NCBI GenBank assembly: GCA_951406725.2
Contig: OX597828.1
Location: forward strand, 37,324,001-37,388,000
Length of the DNA: 64,000 bases
Direction of reading: 5' to 3'
Source: Octopus vulgaris
Lineage: Eukaryota
Position numbers and translations under genes: made by a program. The notes under the pieces are model-generated. The model was not told the origin of the DNA. It made no database searches and worked only from the letters and a program-made list of their open reading frames with translations. This document shows, one piece after another, positions 14,299 through 27,486 of the stretch (its first letter is position 1; every line of letters starts with the position of its first letter).

Positions 14299-14959
14299 CA
14301 TGCTGCTACTGTATAAAATCTCTCTGAGAGATTTAGAAATGCAATATTTCTAATACAATGTTTATATTTTGGCTTAAGACCTCAAGAAAACTATTATTGT
14401 TATTGTCCACGATTAGAATTTTTGTTGAAGTGGCGGTATTGTCAAAGTCTGTAAATGTGTTTATTTGTGCTTTACTCTACCTTTACCACATTGTCAATGT
14501 TTATTTATGTAACTTCATCTGTTTATTCAACCGGCATATTTTTTTCATTGTTTGTCTTATTTATTTACAATTGTGATTTTACTTTCAAAATATTTTAACA
14601 AAATTTTCTCTAAGAATGGCGGTGTTTCATTTATACCATTTCACTTCTTGTTATTATCTTTCAGCGCTACCGCTGCCGAACACAAGGAAGAAACGTTTTA
14701 AAATTATGTAAATATAAAAATATTTAAAAACTGAATGGATGTTTAAAACACAGACCTTTTGTCTACACTGAATTAAGATGTCCAAGAATTACAGAAATTA
14801 TTTGCTTTCAAATAAAATAATCCTGAAAAAAGAAACGTTTTTTTACAAAATGGATTGTAGCAGACACGAAATATGCTGAACCAGAATTGGAGCACGTTTG
14901 ATAACAACGAAATAGAAAGAGGCTAATAATAACAATAAAATAATGAGGGTGATAATGGA

Positions 14960-15015
<56 letters not shown>

Positions 15016-15919
15016 TAGAACAGAAAAATGCTGAAGAAAGAGAAATGGGGTAAAAACGTAAAATTCTTGCCGCCATTCATTATATTTTAAACATGGTAGC
15101 TGACACTTTTGCTTAAAAATGCTTTTAGCCCTTTTAAATGATCTCATTCGATGAATTAAGTAGCTTATTGAATAAACATTGAACGTAAAATCTGAAATGA
15201 ATGGAAAAAAATCAAATAAATATATATATATAATTAAATATTCAGTTAATTAAAATTTAGGTTTCTGTAATCCTTATGGCTAATACCAACTTAATTTCTG
15301 TATTGATTTTTGACATAGGAGACCACACGTTTATACAAATGGAAAGAAATAAAATGATATTCTATGACATTAATGCGTTTTCCATACACAGCATTTGCAG
15401 CGTGACTGCTGCAAATTTGTCTCCTTGTGTTGTCACACTTTCGTCAATCGAAAATATGTTTTGGTTTTTAACCGCTAGTTTGTCTTCAGTTTTCTGAAGA
15501 GACCTTTTTTTGTGGCAGGAATTAAAATTCAAAGACATTGTAGCCTCACTGAAGATTCATAAGTGACTGAATTCATTTCTGCCTCGTTCTCGAAAACATC
15601 TGTTCAATCTTGTCTCCAGCTCACTGGACTCACTTTTCCTTGTCCTAGGATCATTTTTGCTTAAACCTGTATATAGCTCATCTTTGCTTCGTCGTAGACA
15701 ACATCTAAGTTTAAACTTGAGTCAAGGAAACTGACTTCACATCTGCGCTGTACTAGTCAGTATATCTTGTTTAACTGTCCCGTTAAACAAGCTAAATCAA
15801 TTAATGCTATGGATAAGAACAATGCTTTTTTCTCATTCATGAATAAAGAAGACGCTGCTAATAAAAAGTATGAACTATGTCAAATGAATATTAGCAACAA
15901 TTATGTTAATCATATTCAT

Positions 15920-16300
15920 TTTAAATTTTGGCACAAGGCCAGCAATTTCGGAGGAGAGGAGTTAGTCAATTTCGTCGAACCCAGTACACATCCGATACTT
16001 ATTTCATAGACTCTGAAAGAAAGAATAGTAAAACCGACCTCGGCGGAATTTGAACTCAAAATGTCAAGACGTACGAATTGCTGCTAATCATTTTGCCCGG
16101 CATGCTAACGACTTTGTCAGATCACCGCTATATTATATTAATATCGGGTTTATATTAAAGCGTCCAGCTGGCAGAAACGTTAGCATGCCGAACCAATTGC
16201 CTAGCAGTATTTCATCCATCTTTACATTCTGAGTTCAAATTCCGCCAAGGTCGACTATGCCTTTCATCCTTTCGTGGTTGATAAATTAAGTACCAGTTGC
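15920..16300. mobile_element. Two divergently oriented SINE-A copies
   Basis: Minus copy ~15920-16110 and plus copy ~16165-16300, both with the A core. Confidence 0.75.
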
Positions 16301-16410
16301 ATATGTAATAAATGCAAAAAAAAAAGAAACAATCACAAGAGAAAAGTAACAACGCGAGGACGTGATGCATGCAGAGTATTAGCAGATGCTCAAGGAAGGA
16401 AAGAAAGGTG

Positions 16411-16446
16411 GTTTTACGTTTCGATCAAAAGCTCTTCTTCAGAAAC
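16411..16446 (-). ncRNA. Minimal type-I hammerhead ribozyme motif in a Penelope pLTR-like fragment
   Basis: Minus strand: GUUU-CUGAAGA-A-GAGC(UUUU)GAUC-GAAA-CG-UA-AAAC; palindromic ACGU helix III; one mismatch in helix II. Confidence 0.6.
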
Positions 16447-17601
16447 AAGAGACAGAGGAAAGTCCAAAAGGAAAAGAAGACGGAGGAAAAAAACTCGCCA
16501 ACGATTCACATGTGCTTACACAGACAGTAGGCTTCTTTCAGTTTCCGTCTACGAAATACACTCAGAAGGCTTTGGTCGACCGTATGAAGCAGTTGCCCAA
16601 GAGAGGATTGAACCTGGAACACAGCCACGCCGAACGAAAAATGTACTAACAAGTTAATCACAACCCTTTGTAAGCTTCTGACTGATATTCACAGCAGTCT
16701 CGTCGCATTAATCAACCGGACTGCTCACTCACCCCAGAGCACTCTAATTTTGGTGTCAACACATGACATGACGGCAACAGTTATACAAAATTAAACGAAA
16801 AAACTAATTGGATTTGCTAAAACTAAAAATAATGGAGGTATGGCGCATGCTGTTTATGAAGAATATACAACTACGAGGTCTTATCACAACAGTGAAAGAA
16901 AAATGCTCCAAGAAACCAGAGGCGATTGTGCGAAATGTGACGCGAAGAGAAAGCGAGTGAGTTATTGCACGTTAGACTTTAGACAAAGGAAATAAGAGAA
17001 CAGAGAACGGAATGAAACACAGTAGGTCCGAAATGAAAAACAGCGAATCAGGTAGAGGCGTGAAATTAGGATCAGAGAATGATGCTAAGTCACGCTGAGA
17101 AGTTTATAAATTGCTAGAAAAGACGTAGTATTTCGTTTTCCAAACCTAACATACTACCAAGTAGATTAAAGTGTTACATGTCAACATTGCATCTTACGTC
17201 TGTGTTAGCAGTGCGATGTTCTCATTTTTAAGTCTGTCTCTACGTATTTTCTATAGTCAGCATTGAAAGTTAGCAAACGTCGGAGCATTCAGTGCTAGAA
17301 TCAAATAGGAAAGAGGAGGGGGAGAATATACTGGGGAGAAGGATAAAAGAGTGAGAAAGAGTGAGGGAGAATGAAACAATAAGAATCAGATGGAGAAAGG
17401 GAGAGAGAGAGAGAGAGAAAAAGAGAGGGAGAGATGGAAGACGATAAAAGTTGAGAACATGGTCATTGAAAATAAACATGAATATAGTATTAACATCAAC
17501 ACACAGGTGTGTTGGGGCGAATGCGAAATTGTGATGATTAATGCGCCAAAATTGCCTACATCTTTAACAGCTGATGAAAGACTATAGCGAACTTTCTGTA
17601 A

Positions 17602-17603
<2 letters not shown>

Positions 17604-17676
<73 letters not shown>

Positions 17677-17730
17677 ATATCTCTCTCTCTCAATCTAACT
17701 ACCTACCTACCTACCTACCTACCTACCTAC

Positions 17731-17779
<49 letters not shown>

Positions 17780-17806
17780 GATCTATCTCTCTCTCAATCT
17801 AACTAC

Positions 17807-17880
<74 letters not shown>

Positions 17881-17907
17881 CTCTCTCTCTCTCTCTCAAT
17901 CTAACTA

Positions 17908-17981
<74 letters not shown>

Positions 17982-18020
17982 GTCTGTCTGTCTGTCTATC
18001 TATCTATTTGTCTGTCTATC
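17604..18020. repeat. (ATCT)n/(ACCT)n microsatellite
   Basis: Directly visible. Confidence 0.95.
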
Positions 18021-19114
18021 TACAAACTTGCTAACCTGCCTTAAGGTATATCTGCGTTATACAGCTAACGCTAAATCTGTCCTCCCTGTTTATCGACTTT
18101 TCCACCCACTTTCGGCACATACATAGGTATATACATACACACACACATACACGCACACACACGCATCCATATATATATAAAATGTAATGTGTTTACATTA
18201 TATATAGACACATATAATTGGATGTATGTATATATATATATATATAGACACATATAATTGTATGTATGTATATATATATATATATATATATTTGTATACA
18301 TTTACATACATGCCTATATGCAGAAATAGCCGTGTATGTATATATTGACACTCTTCAACATTAATTAAACATTAGAAATACCTTTTCGTTTTGGATGCTT
18401 TCTTAAAAAAATTCCGACTTGAATAAACTACACAATTCACAGAATATGAAAACAAAAAAGAAATCCAAAAATTAAAATATAGAGTTTTAAAAAATTTCAT
18501 CAATTTCCAAATCTTTTTTATTCATTTTTAAAATCTTTTATCGGATTGAGTTATTTTTACTTCCGTTCTGTTCCTGTTTCACTTCCGCCTATAGCTGTCT
18601 TGGTGAAACGTTATTTTGACACATTTCCTCTTTCGAAATGGAATTCTTTTCATTATATACTACAATCCCATATAAAGTTAGTTGGAAGCCTCTGAAGACT
18701 TTAGTGAGAGACACGGCTAATGTGCTTAAGCCGAATGCATCACAGTCACTCGATTCTCATGATTCGGAGTTCGTTTCCAATTCGCTGCACATTGTGCAAA
18801 TGTTTCGTTCACCAACGGCTTCGATTTGTTTGAAAACACGCCGCTCAAGTGTTTACAGACTGGGAAAATATCTCCTAGGTGAGTCTCTGTAAAATTTAAC
18901 CAAGTAATAATTCTTTCTAAATTTGGTATCTGGCCAGCGATTTTGAGGTTATCGACACCGAAAACATGACAGGTAAATTTGAATTCTACGTAGTTAGAAA
19001 ACTAAGAGAATAAAGAGTCGTATTTAAATAATTTAAATGCTTAAAATAAGCACGTTAACCGATGAAAAAAAATTAAGAACAAATAAATAAATAAAATAAA
19101 AACGTTTCTTTGCT

Positions 19115-19457
19115 CCTTTACTTGTTTCAGTCATTTGACTGTGGCCATGCTGGAGTACCGCCTTTATTCGGGCAAATCGACGCCAGGACTTATTCTTTGT
19201 AAGCCTAGTACTTATTCTATCGGTCCCTTTTGCCGAACCACTAGGTGACGGGGACGTAAACACACCAGCATCGGTTGTCAAACATATACACACACATGCA
19301 TATATATACATATATACGATGGGCTTTTTTCAGTTTCCGTCTACCAAATCCACTCACAAGGCTTTGGTGGGCCTGAGGCTTTAGTAGAAGACACCTGTCC
19401 AAGATGCCACGCAGTGGGACTGAACCCGGGACCATGTGATTGGTAAGCAAGCTACTT
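19115..19457 (-). mobile_element. SINE family B, 3' portion (split by the Tx1 LINE; 5' tip at 24545-24570)
   Basis: Colinear with intact copies 50175-50565(+) and 59450-59856(-); missing head ACCACACAGCCACTCCT resumes after the LINE. Confidence 0.9.
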
Positions 19458-19685
19458 TATTTCATATAATTTGCCATTTAGGCATTTACAAAGAGGGGAC
19501 AAACAAGGACAGACAAATATAAAGGGTGAAGTAGCTTAACACAGTTACAATTTTCGAATGAAATTACGGATAAGATTATAAACAATGAATTTTACGAAGG
19601 CAATGTTTAAAAATATTAATGATCATGTCAAAGGACGGACACCCAGCTATCCGGGTAGAACCTTTACTTTCTGATCCGGTCACAC

Positions 19686-22600
19686 TTACCTGGTGCCAAA
19701 CATACCCATCTTGTATGCCACAGGCTTCCATCTTTTCAGAAACATATCTCGTGACAGACACCTCTTCTCCGGCCTGATTTTGCTACTGAGTTGGTAACTA
19801 AAAAAGTTAATCAACCCCTGGCCGGAGACAAAGGTGCCTGTCACTATACCTTTCGTACGCGTCTTCCATACTGTTTCTTTCAGTATGGCTACTACACAGA
19901 AAAAACAAGCCTTTCTTTCCCTATTAAGGAAAGGAGGCGGCACAATCTCGATGATAGACTCAGCCGATAGCTGTACTCTTCCCATCACTGACAACAGTTG
20001 TTCAACAAAAGCTGTCAGTCCCGATAACTCCGGACACTCCACGAATGCGTGCAAGACGGTCTCCCTATCCTGCTCACATCGCGGGCATGTCGGCGAGACG
20101 GCACTACCGTGCCTTGACAGCTTGTCGCGAACAGGTAAAGCCGCACGGAAACACTGCCAGGCCAGGGATTTCTGGTAATTATCCAGATACCCCGGCCCGA
20201 ACGTCCTCCGGAACAGGTTGACCAACTGATTTTCATCGTAGCCCAGGGTCTCCCCAAGGCGTCTTCGGACTTAATCTCCACTAACCCGCTGTAGAAATCC
20301 GTGGTGGAACTCCTGTTGCCGGCGTTGCCCACCCGAGATAGTAGCTGGAGCGCCTGACGGCACTCCAAATGCCATTCACTCAGTTTAGGTCTCCGCTTGA
20401 TCCATGCACCGATGTCCGTTAGGGATGTTAACTGGGGAAGGTAGAACCGGACGTGCGGCGACCACACCTGCTCTCCATCCAGGTAAAGCCAGAGGTGCCT
20501 CAACCTTAACGCGAGTTTTCGCATCCTCAGCCAAGGCATCCCTAGCCCACCCTTTAGCGGTTTCTGGCAGCAGACAGAGCGCTTTACAAGTGGCTTTCCT
20601 CCTTTCCACAAAAATCGGAAAAGGATTCTCTCCAACTTGTTCAGCCACAAATCGGGGCAAGGCACCACGGTCAGACGGTAGGTGATTACTGATGCTATAA
20701 ACATCTGCACCACCTCCGCCTTCCCTAGCAGAGATAACGCCCGCCCAGACCAGGTCTGGGTTAGAGCGGTCACCTTGTTGGCCACCTCACTCCAATTTTT
20801 CTCGATCTGGAGGTCTGGCCCGAACCAGACTCCGAGCAGCTTAACAGGACCTTCCGTCCAACGCCCAACGACGTTATTGGACGGCATCGGCTTGCCCCTC
20901 CAGGTGCCAAGTTGCAAACCGACCGACTTGTCCTTGTTAACCTTTGCTCCTGCCACCGCCTCGTAGCTTTTGATGGCCTCTTCCACCACTGGAAGCTGGC
21001 CTTCGTCTGCCACGATGATGGAGGTGTCATCCGCATACGCCGTAGCTCCTCTTCCACACCATAGATCATGCGGCGCGCCCCCTAGTGCCTCCAACTTCCG
21101 CAGCAAAGGCTCAAGAGCCAATACGCATAGGAGCGAGGACAGAGGACACCCTTGACGAACTGAACGCTCGATCCTGAACGGCTTCGAAAAGGAACCGTTC
21201 ACCTTGACTACAGACTCGATGTCGCTATACAAAGCAGCGATCCAACCTCGAAAGGTCGGGCCTAGGCCAGCCTCTCCGAGGACCGCCGCCAGGTACCGAT
21301 GGTCGACCCTATCAAATGCTTTGGACTGGTCTAAATGTACCAGTGCTCCCCCTGCGCCAGAAAGCTTCCCCACCCTCTCTAAGGAGTAGCGTATAAGGTG
21401 GAGATTGTCGTGGATCGTTCTGCCGGGGATAGCGCACGTTTGCGCTTCCCCGACAAGTTTGTCCACGACCCGCGCCAACCTTTTTGCTAGCACCTTGGCC
21501 AGAATCTTTAACTCTGTGTTTAACAGAGTTATGGGCCTGAAGTTCCCTATCTCGTCCCCCTTGTTCGGGTCCTTCCTGATCAACGTCACCGCCCCTCGGC
21601 TCGCAGACTTGGGAATTCTCCCATTCTGCTGCCAGTTGGCGTAGACGCTAGCCAGCAGGTGCCCGAACAAGTCTGGCATACTTCTATAAAATTCATAGGG
21701 CAGACCATCGAGACCCGACGACTTCTCCCCGGGGCACTTGCCCAACACCTCGATTACTTCCTCGGCTGTGATTGGCCATTCACAGCACTCAGCCTCTCGT
21801 GTCGAGAGGCGCGGGCAACCAGACAGGAAGTCCCTAAGGGCCTCACCATGATCCAGCGTCCCGCACCTCCCGAACAACTCGGCGAAGTGCTTGTGAAGTG
21901 CCTCACACATCTCGTCCCGCTTCTTGATCGTGCATCCGTTTTCATCAACAAGAGACCCAATTGTGGCATCGTTTCCACGCTGTGTTTCTATCGTACGGGC
22001 CCATCCGGCAACATTAATTCCCTCACGGCCCAATGCTCGTACTTTAGCCCGGACTCTACATCCCTCATGTTTGGTTTTGAGGTGACGGTCTAATGCCGTT
22101 CTCGCCGCTAAAATGTGTTAACTAGTTGCCCTTCTATTCTAGCCCTATCTAGTCTTAGTTGTTTACTAAATCTAATGGACTCGAATCGAATGGCTCTTTT
22201 GAGGGTGAACCACCACCGGTTATTAACCACGGCTCCGGTTAACGCCCTCTGCACTAACATCTTAATCCGGCTACGGTATGCCTCGCGTGTCAAAATAGAC
22301 TTGTTCAGCTTCCAGTAGCCGGTTCCTATCTTAAGTGTGCTATCTATGTCCAGTCTACACGTGACCATTCTATGGTCAGTATAGGGCACCTGGACGAGCT
22401 GTGGACAACTAAAACTAGACTTATCTCTAGTTCTTATCACTATCCTGTCTAGATAAGACTTGAACCTTCCATCGCCACTCATCCAGGTCCACTCTGGGAC
22501 GTTCGGATGGTCAAGTCTGTAACGATCTGCTAGCTGAAACCGCTTAAGCAGATCCACGAGACGTGAGTTCACTTTCCTATAGATCGAGCCAACGCTATCG

Positions 22601-22862
22601 ATGTGTACGTCAACGATAGCATTAAAGTCCCCTAATATCACTAAAGTCTTCGACGTCACGAGAAAGCCCTCTAGGCGCCGATAAAAATCAGTTTGGAAAC
22701 CTCTAGCACAAGGTGCATAGAGTCCGATCAACCTGAAGGCCTTACTGCTGTATGTCACATCAAGGACGACCATCCCACCTTCTGGGTCTACATAGACTGT
22801 ACTTGTCTGTAGAGCAAAGTCTTTACGGATCAGTACCACTACGCCCCCTCGCCCTCCGGTCT
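19686..22862 (-). pseudogene. LINE ORF2 (AP endonuclease + reverse transcriptase + C-terminal zinc finger), frameshifted
   Basis: EN motifs GDFN, YLDRI, TDH (ORF 22108..22899); RT motifs FRPITLLN, LDQSKAFDRV, QGCPLS, YADD (ORF 20015..22033); CPRC..ETVLHAFVEC (ORF 19686..20225). Broken into three ORFs. Confidence 0.92.
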
Positions 22863-23223
22863 GTCTTTTAATTGTTTGAACGTTGTTTTCGCAATCCACG
22901 CGTGTCTATTTAGATATTTGTATTTGTTGTACAGTCTTGCTGACTGATGCTGAACCACAATATCGTTTATGTATTTGTCTTGTGTGTCGAATTCAATTAA
23001 TGTGAGTTCATTTTCTTTTTTCTTGTCTTCTTTTTCTGGGCCAGTTGAGCGGGATTTTTTTTCCGTGTCTGTGGTGTGTCTTTGTTTTTATTATTTTTTG
23101 TAGGGGATGTGGACGGGGATGCTGCACGAATTCTTTTACGAACTGGTGTAAATCCCCCCCCCCCTGATACCTCCATGGTATCGTCTGGCGTAGCAATAGT
23201 TTGTTCGGTAGGCGCCGCAGTTT

Positions 23224-24171
23224 TTAGGGGGTGGGAGGTTTTAATAGTGTAGGGGTTTGTGAGTGCGAGGGCTGGGTTTTTTCTTCAGTCTGTTTTGGGG
23301 TTGGCACCGTAACAGCAGGAGTGGGATTTTTTGTTTTTGTAGGGGTAGGTGTGTTTGCAAGGGTAGGGACTTTTTTATTATCTGAGGGGCCTGGTGTCTG
23401 CGGTTTCTTTTGCTTGTCTGGACAGTCTACACGAACGTGGCCCTTTTTGCTGCAGGCGTAACAGGTGGGTTTTCGGCCTTCGACCTGTACCCTGAGGGCT
23501 ACGTTCTCGCCCACGAGCACCCTCTCAGGAAGGAGCTGCAGGTCCTCCGCTGTTCCTTGAATTAATATATTAATGTTACGCCCGAGCCAAAATCGAAGAG
23601 TAGAGCATGTTACTTCTAGTATTTTTATTTTGTCCGCCCTTTTATATAACAGGGCGGCCACTAACTCTACCGGATCTACTTCCGGCGGGGCTTCTACAAT
23701 CCTGACCCGGGACGTCCTGCGTCCCCTATAGCTTGGGAAAAGTACTACCTCCTTGGTTTTTAGGGAGTTCACAGAATGCTCGCGGGCCATTTCTTCCCCC
23801 GAGAAGCGGACATCCACAGTGCCATATGCCCGTCCCCTGGCGACGTACACGATGTCCTTCCAAATCGGGGACAGGCATTTCTCGATGGTGCTTTTTTCAA
23901 AGTGTTTGAACCTTCTGCTTTGTGGACAGAAAGTTTTAAACACTACGGTCCGCTTCTCGGTCTCCACGATACTGGCGGAGGGTGATATTTTAACATCACC
24001 ACCCTCCTCTTGCATTCTTTTAAATAGCTCGACGAGCTGGTTGACATCGATGTCAATGTTCTCGGTAGCCACTGCGGCTACCTCAGAAAAATTTTTAACA
24101 TTGCTCTCCTCAAGAGCACTACTTTCGTGAATAATTTCAACAGACATTATTCTGTTGAAATTAGACAACAC
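23224..24171 (-). CDS. LINE ORF1 (gag-like nucleic-acid-binding protein with zinc knuckle)
   Basis: CYACSKKGHVRVDC (CX2CX4HX4C) followed by a Pro/Thr-rich linker, upstream of ORF2; probably continues after a frameshift to ~22860. Confidence 0.8.
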   Translation of the reverse strand: MLSNFNRIMSVEIIHESSALEESNVKNFSEVAAVATENIDIDVNQLVELFKRMQEEGGDVKISPSASIVETEKRTVVFKTFCPQSRRFKHFEKSTIEKCLSPIWKDIVYVARGRAYGTVDVRFSGEEMAREHSVNSLKTKEVVLFPSYRGRRTSRVRIVEAPPEVDPVELVAALLYKRADKIKILEVTCSTLRFWLGRNINILIQGTAEDLQLLPERVLVGENVALRVQVEGRKPTCYACSKKGHVRVDCPDKQKKPQTPGPSDNKKVPTLANTPTPTKTKNPTPAVTVPTPKQTEEKTQPSHSQTPTLLKPPTP

Positions 24172-25604
24172 AAAAATTACGAGTATTGGTTTCCCACAAA
24201 ACTGGGAAACCTATAGAAAGTTTTTCTTCCAAAGTAGTTCAAAAAAGCAGTTAAAAAATTCCAATTCCCACCCCCATTCGGGGGAGGGGCACGAAAATAG
24301 TCTGGCAGGACTATATATAGTCACGTAAATAAAAAGCCACAGTGGCTAACAGTTCAACGGTAAGAAATTATTCAATTATTTCCCGGTAAAACCGGAGAAC
24401 AAGACAGTTCAGCAACGTTTAAAGGCAAATTTTCAGTAGTAGGAATTCAACAATTAACAACACAGCAAAACTCTTACCGGGAAGAAAACGCGTCCAAACC
24501 GAAGTACGGTAGGCAAAGTCACTCTTCTGTCAGTGAGGTTAGCAAAGCTACTTACCACACAGCCACTCCTACTCAAAAAATTATTTTATATTTTACTTTT
24601 GTAGATGATGTTTTAGCCTAAGGTCAGATCTCTTGAGCTAAAGTATGATTAAACTTATTCCAACTATGAGTAATCTGTCTTTTACTTAGGCACAATATAT
24701 CTAGGACAATGTCATCCGATGTTTCTTTTCGTTAAAATAATAACGTAGGCTGTAATTTGTGATACATTTGACAACTATTTCTAGCAGGTAGTATGATCAT
24801 GTAAAATCGCATATAGTGTCTGTTCACTCTGATGGTGTTGTGGTAATAATGGGACTGGTGGTGTTGTTATTGCTGATGTTGTATAACCCTCGGCCAGCTC
24901 TAATCTAGTTGGCCTATTGTCAAGTATATTTGAACAATTACAATTCTAACATTGCCAGGTAAGTGTTTCACACAACGCCTTACGTAAGGGCGCATTATCT
25001 GCAATGCATTTCCTTGCTTTTAAGATAGTAGGGTGTCACTTGGAAGACCTTAAGTAGCTATTTCTTGCAGGCCGAAAGGGCATGTAAGAGAATTCTGTTT
25101 CAATATTGGCCTTTTCTTTAGCATTACATACTAAAATACGAACAAAATCTTTGAAGATTTGTATCAACACCAAAGTCAACTTACTTGCCCAAATTAAACA
25201 AAGCGTAGAGGGCAAGGGACGAAACGTTTGTGACCTTTAGATACATATTCATACAGAAATGTTTCCCACATTACGATGGCTTTAGATATCACCAGAAGAA
25301 GAGTTTTCAATGTCTCTTAATAGCTCTTGCATTTTTTGCGAAGAGCAAAGCAACACCGACGTTTATTTGTTTCTAAACCACTGCTTTTCTCCCTTCTCTC
25401 TAATATGTGAAAGTTGTCTTCCAAGTATAGGTATTTGCGTCTTTGTCTGACAAATCTCTCTCTCTCTCTCTTTCTCTGTCTAACTCACTTTTTCCTCTTT
25501 CTCTGCGCACACATGCACGCAAATATGTATGTATGTATATATGTATATGTATGTGTGTGTGAGTGTTTGTGTGTATACATACATATATGTGTACTCACGT
25601 ATAC

Positions 25605-25646
<42 letters not shown>

Positions 25647-25739
25647 TTATATATATACATAGATATGCTTAACACACACACACACACAACACACACACAC
25701 ACACACATACACAGATATACAGACAGACAGACACACATT

Positions 25740-25772
<33 letters not shown>

Positions 25773-26788
25773 CGCGTGATTGCGTGATCGACCAGACTAT
25801 CAGATGTTGCTGCACATCGCTGGTCACAATGCGCTTCGCATTGCTTTAGCCCTCAAATGACGCCACCCCGCTGGCTAAACATATATGTATATATATATAT
25901 ATATATATTATATGTGTGTGTGCGTGTGTGTCTGTCTGCCTATGTATTATTATTTGTATTCAGACTCTTAACTCTCATACATTTTTTTGTATTGCTATTT
26001 TTCTGTTAATTTTCTTTTTTTTTTTTTTAGTTAATTTACATATATATATGTTTTTCTCAATTTGTTTCCGACTTTCCGTCTCCAAAATAGACTCGGTACT
26101 TTCGTCCAAGAATGCATATATTCTAATGAGATCACAGCATTTATGAAATTCAATTAACCTACAACTTGATCAATACAATCACGCAATAACACAAATTTCT
26201 TTTTTTAACCATTTTCTATTTGTTTATTCTCAATTTTTTTTCTACAAATAATCTTTTCTTTCCTTCCTTTTATACTACTTCCTTTTATTTTCTTTTTGTT
26301 TTTTTACAAGCTTCATTCATTCAATCATGTTTTCTTAAATTTTAGTTCCGTTTTACGATTATTTTGTATTTACATTTAATATGTTTTCTTGTTACGAATA
26401 TCTTAATGGAGTAAAATAAGGATAAAAAAAGGGTTAAAACAGTAAAAAAAATATATATTATCAGCAACTAAAGAAAAAAACAATCTCAAATATCTCAAAA
26501 AAAAAAAAAAAACTTCAACAGATGAAATAAAAGGCGTAGTAAATTAAAATTGTTCTTCCTCTTCCATCTCCGTTCTTTCAATTTTTCTTCTTCGTTTTCT
26601 TTCACGACTTGATTCTCCTTCTTACCATTATTTATTCTACTTCTTAAATAATCTCGCCGTGGCTGGCAAAATATTGAATTTTTCCCAAAACATATTTTTC
26701 TGATGCTAAAATGAATTAAAATGAATTTAAAAACACAAAGAAGATCTGATTCATCATGGTATGTTTAAACGTATGTAAATATATGTAT

Positions 26789-27071
26789 AGTGGAGGTGCA
26801 ATGGCCCAGTGGTTAGGGCAGCGGACTCGCGATCGGAGGTTCGCGGTTTCGATTCCCAGACCGGGCGTTGTGTGTGTTTATTGAGCGAAAACACTTAAAT
26901 AATCTCCACGAGTCTCCGGCATGGGCTCTCACTCTTTCTTCCTGTTTCTTGAGTAACGCTGCGATGGACTGGCGTCCCGTCCAGCTGGGGGGAACACATA
27001 CGCCATAGAAACCGGGAAACCGGGCCCATGAGCCTGCCTAGACTTGAAAAGGGCGTATAAAAAAATAAATA
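26789..27071 (+). mobile_element. SINE family C with alternative tail
   Basis: A box TGGCCCAGTGG, B-box-like GGTTTCGATTCCC, A-rich end, 12-bp TSD AAATATATGTAT (26777-26788 / 27072-27083). Confidence 0.9.
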
Positions 27072-27380
27072 AAATATATGTATGAATATGTATATTTTTA
27101 ATAATAGAAACTGACGAATGGTATATCTGGTATTTTTACAGCTGTTTCGTCAAGAGTCGTATTTGTGAGGTATGCATAGTCATATTAAGGAAGCAGCATG
27201 CATGGTATCCATGAGATTACATGAGATGTTACGCAACTCTGAAAGCATCAGGCACAGGAAATAAACATGTGAACAATGACAGGTTGCTTAATAGATCGGA
27301 ACCGTGCTTGCAATTTGTATGTATGTGTGGGTTTGAGTATATCTGCGTTTGTGAGTGCATGTGTGTAATTGCGTTTGCAC

Positions 27381-27381
<1 letters not shown>

Positions 27382-27436
<55 letters not shown>

Positions 27437-27437
27437 G

Positions 27438-27486
<49 letters not shown>

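Larger units (their letters stand above)
19458..24544 (-). mobile_element. Near full-length, disrupted Tx1/L1-clade non-LTR retrotransposon
   Basis: ORF1 with CCHC knuckle plus APE-RT-zinc-finger ORF2; 9-bp TSD AAGCTACTT at 19449-19457 and 24545-24553. Confidence 0.93.

Noticed and set aside
26789-26866. tRNA-like sequences with A and B boxes (also SINE-A and SINE-B heads)
   Set aside because: No complete cloverleaf; followed by SINE body and TSD, so SINE heads rather than tRNA genes.
27137-27251. Hammerhead-like remnant on minus (CUGAUGC...GAAACAGCUGUA with very long helix II)
   Set aside because: Core A9 is mutated and helix I does not pair; at best a dead relic.
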